Source: Histomonas meleagridis 2922-C6/04-290x (lineage: Eukaryota; Protista; Parabasalia). Taken from it: a stretch of 35,034 nt of DNA. The notes beneath the pieces are model-generated. The model saw only the letters and a list, made by a program, of their open reading frames with translations. It had not been told where the DNA came from and did no database searches. This document shows, in pieces, positions 1 to 9,287 of the stretch. Position numbers and translations under genes: made by a program. The stretch is from the NCBI GenBank assembly GCA_020184695.1, contig JAANOX010000219.1, forward strand, positions 1 through 35,034, read 5' to 3'. Numbering within the stretch: position 1 is the stretch's first letter; each line of letters opens with the position of its first letter.

Positions 1-207
1 CTTAGCAGTACGTTCTATTTTAACAACGATATCAGTAAGTTTGAGACGTTTGATTGGGATCATTTGACGTGGTTCGTTGGATCCAATAACATCGATCATA
101 ACACGTTTATCATCAACTATATCAACAATTACAGCAAGTTTATCGGCAAGAGGGCCATAAGAAACAAGTGCAACTCGGCCAAATTCGACAAATTGTGTGT
201 AAGGCAT
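1..207 (-). CDS. RPL14: 60S ribosomal protein L14 (eL14), 3' end beyond the window edge
   Basis: Manual translation from ATG at 207: MPYTQFVEFGRVALVSYGPLADKLAVIVDIVDDKRVMIDVIGSNEPRQMIPIKRLKLTDIVVKIERTAK, matching the eL14 N-terminal KOW pattern (FVExGRV...GKLxVIVD). Not in the supplied ORF track. Confidence 0.92.
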   Translation of the reverse strand, partial: MPYTQFVEFGRVALVSYGPLADKLAVIVDIVDDKRVMIDVIGSNEPRQMIPIKRLKLTDIVVKIERTAK

Positions 208-267
208 CCAGATAAAAGGCCGTATTAAGACGGTTACGACCGTTTAACACCCAAAAGGGGCACCCCG
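208..267 (-). promoter_or_regulatory. RPL14 core promoter with an M5-like CCTTTT element and adjacent M3-like sites
   Basis: Minus strand reads ...GGGGTGCCCCTTTTGGGTGTTAAACGGTCGTAACCGTCTTAATACGGCCTTTTATCTGG-ATG. CCTTT a few nt before the ATG matches the M5 initiator described for Trichomonas ribosomal-protein genes. Confidence 0.6.
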
Positions 268-316
268 TTTATGCCTTAAAAAATTTTAATATTAAAATCA
301 TTCTAAAGTCATATTT

Positions 317-1657
317 TTATTGTTTGAAAAGTTCACTGCAAGGTATTATAACCATTGTCGAAGTATCATAACACACAATCACGTCCTTACAATTTGGATC
401 AATACTTATACAGGTCACGCATCCCTCATTTGCATAAGCGCCCACCATCTTCGCCTCAGGCATTTTCCACACAGCAATGATCCCATCGTTACCGCCTGTC
501 ACCAGAAACTCGCCGGACTTAAACCATTTCATCACAGACACACCGTCAGTATGATGTGCGAAAGTGCAATGACAATTACCGCTAATTGCGTCCCAAATTT
601 TAACAGATCCATCGATTGACGCCGAAGCGACGATGTTTGGGATTTTAGGGTTCCAATCAATAGAAGTGATACCATTTAAGTGCCCTTTTAATATTTGTAT
701 CTCGCGTTCATCTTTCCATATATGTATTGACCCGTCATTGCATCCAGTCGCAAACAACGAATTATCAATGGAGAAGCTGATGGAGATAAATGGGCCCGAA
801 TGGCTATGAAGTATTTTCTTGTCGCCGCTGACAGTAAATAAGCCAATGCTCTTATCAATCGAGGCCGTCGCAAATTTGCCTTCGTCACGCCAACAGATGT
901 CTAATATTGCGTCTTGATGAATTTGATAGTTTTCGACAAGATGTGGTTGTTGATGCAGTTTGACATCCCATAACGATATGGAATAATCATTAATGGAACA
1001 TAGCGCAAGAAGATTGTTTCTGGGGTTGAATTGAAGGGCGGAGCATCCTTGCGATATATGTGAAATTGGATCGCCGCGAAATGTATAAATGGTGGTCTGT
1101 GTAAAGGTGGCAACAGCTAAAAGGCTTCCGTCATGATTCCATCCAATGGATTTGGGACAGCGAGATTTAAGAGATTCTGGAGTTCCAATAACTATTTTGT
1201 CAAAAAAATTGTTAGATCGAGTCCAAATGGTAGCAATACCATCAGATTCAAGCGTGGCAAATTGAGTACCGTTTGGTGACCATGAACAACATTCAATTGA
1301 TTGGGAATTTCCATTAAAGAAATTGAAGTGAGTGGAAGCAAGATTAACAACTTCTACACCTTCACTAGATGCTGGAGTTGGCTCTACATTTGGGAAGGAA
1401 CTGAGAATATTTTGAATTTCATTTTGTATTTTCGGATCTGAACTAGATCTTGCCTGTTTAATTGATTTTTCTAGTTTTAAATAAATTAGACTTTTCTGTA
1501 ATAGTGTTATTAAAGCATTTGGGGGAATATGAGATCCATTAATATTAGTTGAATCTGCAAGGAATTCTGTTTCAAAAACATACGCTGAATGAGGAAATTC
1601 ATTCTCCTGCATATAGCGCCATATTAAGAAATTAACTTCATCCATAGAAATCGCCAT
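317..1657 (-). CDS. TBL1: TBL1/TBL1XR1-like LisH + WD40 repeat protein (Set3C/NCoR-type subunit)
   Basis: N-terminus MAISMDEVNFLIWRYMQENEFPHSAYVFETE...NINGSHIPPNALITLLQK matches the TBL1 LisH region, followed by several WD40 repeats (GH...W...ASASIDGSVKIWD). Confidence 0.88.
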   Translation of the reverse strand: MAISMDEVNFLIWRYMQENEFPHSAYVFETEFLADSTNINGSHIPPNALITLLQKSLIYLKLEKSIKQARSSSDPKIQNEIQNILSSFPNVEPTPASSEGVEVVNLASTHFNFFNGNSQSIECCSWSPNGTQFATLESDGIATIWTRSNNFFDKIVIGTPESLKSRCPKSIGWNHDGSLLAVATFTQTTIYTFRGDPISHISQGCSALQFNPRNNLLALCSINDYSISLWDVKLHQQPHLVENYQIHQDAILDICWRDEGKFATASIDKSIGLFTVSGDKKILHSHSGPFISISFSIDNSLFATGCNDGSIHIWKDEREIQILKGHLNGITSIDWNPKIPNIVASASIDGSVKIWDAISGNCHCTFAHHTDGVSVMKWFKSGEFLVTGGNDGIIAVWKMPEAKMVGAYANEGCVTCISIDPNCKDVIVCYDTSTMVIIPCSELFKQ

Positions 1658-1732
1658 TTTGCTTCAAAACGTGGGATTTTTGGTGTGCCCTAAAAATTTT
1701 AACGGTCGAAAACGTTACCAGAAAAAGGTTTA

Positions 1733-2377
1733 ATGAGTTTAAATAAATGGATTCTTCCTTCAGAAGTAATGGCACATAATATTGCTGATGACTGTTGGGT
1801 TTCTTATCTTGGATATGTATGGGATTTAACAGAATTAGTAAAAGGATATGAAAATGATCCTGAATATCAACCAATTATCAAAGCAGCTGGATCAGATATT
1901 TCACACTGGTTTAATCCGGCCACAGGAGATATTAGAACAATGATTGATCCAGAAACAGAACTCGAAGTCCCACATCTTCCTTTTGACAATTTACTTCATC
2001 TACCTAAAATTACTCCCGGAATTGGTACTCTTCCTCCAGAAAAACCATGGTGGAAAGAAGAATCAAGGAGAATTGGGAAATTATCTAAGCATCCACGATG
2101 GCTAAGAATAGTCAATACATTAACCGGACTCGAAGACCAAATCGAAGTTGCAGGTGAAGAGCCAATTAATGATATACTTGCTCGCTATAAAAAAATTAAT
2201 TCACATGCTGAATCATACACATGGAAATTCCTTGGAAAAGAATTAGATATGGAAAAAACGTTAGACGAAAATGGAATTTTAGATGAATCAGATAAGTTTG
2301 CAAGGTTAAATTTGGATTATGATATGTACATACCAGCAATCCTTATTTACTTTAATGACGATTTAACAGTAGCTTAG
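1733..2377 (+). CDS. CYB5D1: Cytochrome b5 domain-containing protein 1 (flagellar)
   Basis: EVMAHNIADDCWVSYLGYVWDLT and AGSDISHWF (b5-like domain), PWWK motif, ubiquitin-like C-terminal half, and the terminal YFNDDLTVA typical of CYB5D1. Confidence 0.9.
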   Translation: MSLNKWILPSEVMAHNIADDCWVSYLGYVWDLTELVKGYENDPEYQPIIKAAGSDISHWFNPATGDIRTMIDPETELEVPHLPFDNLLHLPKITPGIGTLPPEKPWWKEESRRIGKLSKHPRWLRIVNTLTGLEDQIEVAGEEPINDILARYKKINSHAESYTWKFLGKELDMEKTLDENGILDESDKFARLNLDYDMYIPAILIYFNDDLTVA

Positions 2378-2515
2378 ATATATTAACGATTTTGGATATT
2401 TAAAATTTTGTTTTATGAATTTTTTCTATCTGTTGATACAGTAATTTGGATTTCTAAAAACGATTTAAATTTAATTCAATTTTGGGCTTTTTATAGTTCC
2501 AAATGGATATTTTAC

Positions 2516-2871
2516 TTATTTTCTTCCTTTTTTCATCATGAAAATTTCCTGCATATAGAGAAAATATAAATTGCCAATAGGAAGATCAGTAATATCCATG
2601 CAAAAACTTTGTTTAAAAAGGCTCTTACCAGCATTACCTTGAACTTTAACTTCATTTAAATTACTGTTAATATTCTCTATCATGTTGCGGTCTTCCCCAA
2701 GAGGAGTCATAATGGTGTTTGATGTAATTGGTTCATTTCCAACTGCGATAGCTTCATCATGATTTTCAATAATCTGATTTGATTTTTGGAAGTTAGATTG
2801 AAGTCGAAGGTTTTGCTTATAAGATGGATCATTAACTAGTGCTTGTTTTTTTGACGAAGATTATCAACCAT
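2516..2871 (-). CDS. Hypothetical protein (~118 aa) with a probable homopolymer frameshift
   Basis: ORF 2516-2710 stays open upstream to about 2855. Adding one base to the T7 run at 2846-2852 joins it to an ATG at 2871 (MVDNLRQKKQALVNDPSYKQNLRLQ...). Confidence 0.4.
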
Positions 2872-3104
2872 TAGAATGGTTTTTATTTAGGCATTATAAT
2901 ACTCATGTTCTACCATCGATAAATTCAATTAATCACCGAAATATCTAAATACAAAATATGTTAAATTGCAAACACCTCAATAAGATTTTTATATTTTAGT
3001 CAGCCAATTTTAATCTTTCGTATAAAAATGGAATTGTTTTTATTCAGTCATTTGCATGCAATGGAAAAACTACTTTTCAGCTACGTAAAAAAAACAAAAC
3101 ATAA

Positions 3105-5240
3105 ATGTACTTATTGGTATTAGTTGATTTAATTGTATCTATACATATTGGAATTGATTTGGGAACATATAACTCAAAATTCTTAGCAAATAAAGAATTT
3201 AATATTATTCCTTCTTTTTTGACTTTCACCCAAAAATATGAAAATTTGGAGAAAATGGCTAAGCTTTCTGAAACTGGAATACCAATTAATTATGTTATTG
3301 GTGGAAAAGCTTTAAATTTTTTAAATAAACTTCCTTCAATTGGAACTGGTTATTTTTCTTTGATGATGGGTTTATCTGAGAAGAAGAAAAAGGAAATTTC
3401 TTCTCTATTTAACATTCCTTCTGTTATTTATGAAATGACACATGAAGAAATAATAATTATTTATCTTAAAAAATATTTTTCAAGTATTTTAAGTAATGAT
3501 AAAATTAATAAAATATCAATTGCAATTCCTTCATATTTCTCATTACAACAAATTTCTTTATTAGAAAATGCAATTAAATTATGTGGTATCAATGATTTCT
3601 TTATTATTGATGATATAGATGCAATAAGAAATGTGTATGCAATAGAGAAAATTAATGAATTTATTAACAATCCTTTAAATGTTTTGTTTGTTGATATCGG
3701 AGCAACTTCCGTTAAATCTTATATTTTGAAGTTTTATTATGAAAAAAATCGAGCAAAAATTTTAAGGTTATCATATGCTTATGAATTATATGGAGGAACA
3801 TATGTTACGAACAATATCGTTGATTATATTATTAAAAAACAAAATATTGTTTCATTAACAAATGAAGAAAGACATAGAATTTTTTTAGAAGCTGAAAAAG
3901 CGAAAATAAGATTATCTTATACTTCTTTAACTAACATTTATATTGAAAATGTTTCTAATACAAATATTAAAATGATTCTGACTAGAGAAGAATTTGAAAA
4001 TCCAAAAATATTTGGAAATTTAGAAAAATCGATTTTGAATGTAATCAAAAAATCTTCATCTGGTATTTCATTTGATAAGATTGAATTTCTAGGGAACTCA
4101 TCTTTGATACCAAAAATACAAAAAATTATTCAAGAAAAATTCAAAAATAAAAAAACAAGTATTTCACTAATTAATGAAAACATAATTGCAAAAGGTGCAA
4201 AATATCAATCACAATATTCATATGGAAGCAATCAATATATCCCAAATAATAAAGATCCAACTTCATTATACACTATTAATATAAATGGAATAAATGTTTG
4301 TAAAAAAGGACATGAATGTTTAGGAGAAATAAATTTAAATAATAGTGTTCTTGAATTTACATATAATGCTAAAGAATTTTTAATTGATGTTGATTCATAT
4401 AAGCATAAGTACGTTGTAAATAACACCAAAAACGAATCCATAAATATTAAATTTGTATCTCATCCTTTTCATATATCATCAATTATATCAACAAATAATA
4501 GCACCATAAAATATTCATTCCAATCTTCATTTCCAAAAAATTTAAATTCTTTAATGGAAATTGTAAATTTTTATGATAATAAAAAAAGAATCCAAATAAT
4601 AAAAGGGGACATTGATCATTTGATTAAAAAAATTTTACATGAAATCGGCAATAATCTTACAATACGTGCTTTTACCAATTTTGATCAAAGAATTTCAATT
4701 ATTCGAGAAGCAGAGAAGCAGAAGAAATGGATCATTTCAGAAGAAGCAAAAGAATGTAATAAGCCAATAGTCTTTGAAAAACGTCTTTACATATTAAAAA
4801 GTTTGATGACAGATGCTTATCAAAGAATAGAAGAAAATCATACATTTTATCAAGCAGCAAATGAACTTTATGAAACAATCAATTTATCAATTCAAATTGT
4901 GCAACAAGTTCGAGATAAAAAGCTTCACGATGATAGAAAACTTTTATTTAGTTTTATAGCACATGCAGAAAAAATTTTTATATGGGCAAAAAACGCAATT
5001 GAGATAAATCAAAAAGCAAACATGTGGGAAAGGCTACCAATTAATCCCAAAAAATTCATCCAAAAGAATAGAAAGCTTCAATTAGAGTACATAAGAATCT
5101 CAAACAACTTCATTAAAAAAGTCAACACAGGATTAATAGATGAAACAGGGAACATGAAGTCAGTGAAAGATATTATTCGCGATAAACTCATTAACACAAC
5201 GTTTATGCAGCAAGTGATGAAATATGAAAAAGAATTATAA
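3105..5240 (+). CDS. Divergent Hsp70/DnaK-family protein (Grp170/Hsp110-like, probably ER-targeted)
   Basis: Hydrophobic N-terminus followed by GIDLGT, VDIGATS, EAEKAKIRLS, GNSSLIPKIQ and AKGA, i.e. degenerate Hsp70 NBD motifs in the expected order; helical C-terminus. Confidence 0.8.
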   Translation: MYLLVLVDLIVSIHIGIDLGTYNSKFLANKEFNIIPSFLTFTQKYENLEKMAKLSETGIPINYVIGGKALNFLNKLPSIGTGYFSLMMGLSEKKKKEISSLFNIPSVIYEMTHEEIIIIYLKKYFSSILSNDKINKISIAIPSYFSLQQISLLENAIKLCGINDFFIIDDIDAIRNVYAIEKINEFINNPLNVLFVDIGATSVKSYILKFYYEKNRAKILRLSYAYELYGGTYVTNNIVDYIIKKQNIVSLTNEERHRIFLEAEKAKIRLSYTSLTNIYIENVSNTNIKMILTREEFENPKIFGNLEKSILNVIKKSSSGISFDKIEFLGNSSLIPKIQKIIQEKFKNKKTSISLINENIIAKGAKYQSQYSYGSNQYIPNNKDPTSLYTININGINVCKKGHECLGEINLNNSVLEFTYNAKEFLIDVDSYKHKYVVNNTKNESINIKFVSHPFHISSIISTNNSTIKYSFQSSFPKNLNSLMEIVNFYDNKKRIQIIKGDIDHLIKKILHEIGNNLTIRAFTNFDQRISIIREAEKQKKWIISEEAKECNKPIVFEKRLYILKSLMTDAYQRIEENHTFYQAANELYETINLSIQIVQQVRDKKLHDDRKLLFSFIAHAEKIFIWAKNAIEINQKANMWERLPINPKKFIQKNRKLQLEYIRISNNFIKKVNTGLIDETGNMKSVKDIIRDKLINTTFMQQVMKYEKEL

Positions 5241-5733
5241 TATTAAATTAACTAAAAATGGTTTATATCATTTTTTAAATTTACACATTAATGTGTGAAA
5301 TGAAAAACTCATAACTCTTCTTGGTGCAAAGTAAACCAAAGCTATTTTTAAAATTAATAAAATTTAAAAAAACCATCATTTTTCTCAGAGTGTTTAACAA
5401 AAATTCTCGACAAAACCACATTGCTTAATCAATTGTATATAATTATCCAGTAAATCTCTTAACACAAATCATTCTTGAATTTGTGCGAAAACCTATTAAG
5501 CCTGTCTCACACACAGTGAGTTAGTTAACATCATGTTTGACTGTTCTATGTGCTCTTTTGACAAATATAATATCTTGGCTCGAAAATGGGATGGACAGCT
5601 CTTTTTCTACAATTACACAAATGTTTTTTTTTATTTGTTCAACAAATTTTTTATATAAAAAGTTGTTTTACAAAAACATATAAAACAATTTTTAATTCTA
5701 CTAAAATTTTATATATTTACGCACAGAGAACAA

Positions 5734-7953
5734 TCAAATGCCCTTCTTAAGCATCCACTGCATAAGAGAATTTAGTATTGACTCGCTCTTTCTGATTGAC
5801 TTCCGGTGGAATGAGTTTGCATTTCTTGAGATCTTTCCGAATGATGCAGAATTTCTCAGAACTTTCTTAAGAATGAAAGGCACTGCTTCCACGAACTGTC
5901 CAAGTCCTGTTTGTTGGTCATCACGGAATTGTTTTTCGAGCAAATTATGGATTTCTTTGTCAGATATATTTTTCTTATGTTGAACATTTTTTGCAACTTC
6001 TTCATTTTGTTCCACTATTTTGTCAACTGACACTGATGGGAAATCCTTTAATTCTGCGTTAGTTGTGTCATCTTTCATATCTAATAGTATATCTTGATCA
6101 TCAGAATTTTGGAAGGTATATCTTTGTTCGAAATAGCTTAAGTCATCCAAGCTTGAAAGGACTGGCTTAAAAGGTGGTTCTACTTTTTTTAAATCAATAC
6201 CATGATACCAAGGATGATTTAAAATTTCGTCAACACCTTTAGCTCCCAATCTTTTTTCAGGGTTTGGCACCAACAATTTCTTAATTAAATCGATTGATTC
6301 TGGGGATAAGTCATCAGCTTCATCAAAGTTGATTTCACCCGTCAAAATATTCTTAAACGTCTTCTCTTCAGTTTTCCCATGGAACGGGGGTGCCCCGAGC
6401 AAGAATTCATATAACATGACGCCGAAAGACCAATAATCGACAGTATAAGAATGGGGCTTATTCAAAATGATTTCGGGTGCAATGTAATCAGGTGTCCCAA
6501 CTACTTCGGTATCGTTATAATTTTGTCTGTCAGAATAACCCAAATGACTTAAACCGAAGTCGATAAGTTTTAATTTTCCATCTTGAGCCACTAACACGTT
6601 ATCAGGTTTTAAGTCTCTATGAATTATACCGTTTTCGTGAAGGTACTTTAAAGCGTGCAGAATTTGCAATGAGTAAATTTTTGCTGTTTCTTCATCAAAA
6701 GAACCTACTTTTTGTAGTAGTGAATACAAATCACCACCAGGCAAATATTCGTTTACTAAATATAAGTTATGTATACCCGTAAATGAGTAATCTATGTGTT
6801 AGTTATTAAGATATTATCATGCAAAACAAATCAAAACAAAACAATTCGTTGTCATTTGATTCGTTTCATGATAAGGAAACATACAGAATTTTACGATATA
6901 TGGATTATTAAACTTTAAAAGTAAATCCTTTTCAATCATTATTTGATTAACTTGGTTCTTAAACTTGGTGCTCTCTTTGGTGACAACTTTAATCGCATAT
7001 ATGTCATTGGTGACTTTTTTCTTTGCTAAAAATACGCGCGCATACGCACCAGACGAAATTCGTTTGATGAATTGGAAGTCATCAATTGTGACTTGGTTAT
7101 ACTTTAACGTGTCGCCTGTCTTAATCGTGTTCATTAAGACAAATGATGCTGGCTTTAAACAAAAAGAAAGATTTATCTTCTGTTGGACAATTTCAAGGGC
7201 TGAGTCAATGTATGGAAGAAATGTTATATCAAATGGAATCTTTTGAATATCCCACATAAGTTGCTTAAGATATTCGGTGGAATCATAGTTGGTAACATCA
7301 ATTTCAATGATTTTGGATAATATTACTTGCGTATGAACCGCTGGTAAAAGAATCTTGATCGCTAAATTCTTTTCATTAGGCCATTCACATTGTAAAAATT
7401 TGAGCGAGATTTCATCGATTTTGGATTTGAGGGCATTCTGAATGGCATTAGTATCGATATTTGATTTATAAATTATTTCACACGATTTGATATGTTGCTC
7501 AAATAAATCTACTGGTATCTCCTGATTGCAAAGACGACAGACTTCTGTTTCTTTATAACTGAGATTTTCAGCAAGTGATGTTCTGGATGAAGATCTTCTA
7601 TTAAAAAATGTTTCCGCAAGACTTGAATAAAATTTTGGTAATTGCAATAAAACGACATTAATCTCAAGAAGTTCTGTTAGAAATTTATGCGTTTTTTCGT
7701 TAGTTTTTTTAACAAGCTCACCGATTTTTAAAGTGAAATTAGCATAATTTTCAAGTAATTCCTTGTAAGTGTATTCAGTACATTGCCGCATATATTGGTT
7801 GGCTTCTCTAATGTATGGATCTTTTTCATTCGGATCTGTATCTTCAAGATATGCTCGAATATATTTTTTTTTATCTAATGCAATGTCATATATCTGTGAT
7901 GAAATTGCCATATAAAGCTCATCAAAGTGCGTAAATGGCACACAGGACTGCAT
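5734..7953 (-). CDS. AGC-family Ser/Thr kinase (Rim15/IRE/MAST-greatwall-like); two exons, 7953-6885 and 6791-5734
   Basis: After splicing the sequence reads [31 protein letters not shown]. Motifs ISSGAYARV, YAIKV, HRDLKPDN, DFGLS, GTPDYIAPE and DYWSFG are present, plus an AGC tail (PPFKP...YF) and a CxxC...HxxxC zinc-finger-like motif upstream. The start is taken as the ATG at 7953; the track's TTG start at 8115 is less likely. Confidence 0.9.
6792..6884 (-). other. 93-nt spliceosomal intron of trichomonad type
   Basis: 5' GTATGT and 3' ACTAACACATAG (branch point fused to the 3' splice site, near-consensus ACTAACACACAG). Removal restores the kinase frame at T|AT (Tyr). Confidence 0.95.
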
Positions 7954-8733
7954 TTTGCAGAAATTTGACGTTTTTAATTTGAGAATGATCGTTATCTGAA
8001 ACTTTATATCAAAAGCAAAAAAACCGCATAGAAACAATTGAAAGTTTGAAATTGTTGTTTTACAAAAAAGTGTGATAATTCTGACGACTTTACGGTTCGG
8101 TTCCAAGGTTTTCAATGCTGTCAGATGTCATAATGCCTCATTCAAAACCGAAGATTTTGAAATTCGGAGTTTAACCGATTATACGAAAAAACAACAAATT
8201 AACCGAAACAGTGATCACTGTTTCTGACTAGTTTATAATTTATTTGTGTAATATCGGAAAAGTGGCAAAATTTGGGAGAAAAAACAGATACACAAATCGT
8301 TTAAGGGTAATGATTAAATGGAATTCCTAACAACATCGCCAAGAAACGACAGATGTCTTGTGTAAATAGTGGAAATGATCATTCAAATATTGACTTCAAT
8401 TATGTTATATTAAAGGCAAAAATCTATTTCTGACAGTCACAAAAATGATACAAGCTTAGTGCCTTTGAACTTGCACCAACTAGGGAGTGGTTGGATGAGG
8501 CAAAACTGGACCGAAATTGAATTTTTTTGAATCCGCAGCTAAGCTTTGATTTACAAATTTATTGATAACTTTATTTTATATGAAAAAGTGAAATTTGGAT
8601 GCCCTCAAAAGTGACTCCCTTGAAATTTTTCTAGGCACGATTTGAATGTTGTTTTTTGGCACTAATGTTAATCTTAAGTAAACAGAATTAGTAGTAGCTG
8701 AAGAACTTTAATATTAAAGTTTGTAATGTGGTG

Positions 8734-9153
8734 TTTATCATTAATATCAATTCCTTCTTGTTCAAGAAGTAATTTAACTATTTCTAAATAACCATTTGAA
8801 GATGCCGACATAAGTGCAGTTTCAAATTAATTAAAATAATTTCCAGATATTATTTTGATATAGATAATTATTAAAATAAATATTAAATAAAACAAATAAA
8901 TATCTTTAGCATTAATATCAATTCCTTTTTGCAAGAAGTAATTTAACTATTTCTAAATAACCATTTGAAGATGCAAACATTAGTTCTGTCCAAAACAAAT
9001 CAAATAATTTCCAAATATTATTTTGAAATCCAAAATTATTTAAACAAATTTTAAATAAGTCAAATAAATATCTTTAACATTAACATCAATTCCTTCTTGG
9101 TCAAGGAGTAATTTAACTATTTCTATATGACCTTTTTCAGATAATAAATGTAC
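8734..9153 (-). repeat. Orphan array of three ankyrin modules separated by 77- and 78-nt AT-rich spacers
   Basis: SEKGHIEIVKLLLDQEGIDVNVKD-[8993-9069, 77 nt]-WTELMFASSNGYLEIVKLLL(2-nt deletion)GIDINAKD-[8824-8901, 78 nt]-ETALMSASSNGYLEIVKLLLEQEGIDINDK; closely similar to the array at 20.0-20.9 kb. Confidence 0.9.
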
Positions 9154-9287
9154 ATTTATAATTGCAATAATTTAATTTTATTTTTTTTTTCTTCCTCAAT
9201 ACAAATAGTTTCTTTATTGATCCCATACCAAAAAAGTCTATTTAACACCAAATTTTAAAGTGCAAAACTAAGTGTATAAAACATTTA

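Noticed and set aside
320-1113. Short ORFs overlapping TBL1 (and similar antisense or alternate-frame ORFs in the Hsp70, kinase, LRR, FHIP and PP2C genes)
   Set aside because: Shadow ORFs of well-supported genes with no recognisable motifs.
8460-8505. Hairpin GCCT...CCAAC-TAGGGAGTG-GTTGG...AGGC as a snoRNA
   Set aside because: A single short hairpin with no H/ACA or C/D boxes identifiable.
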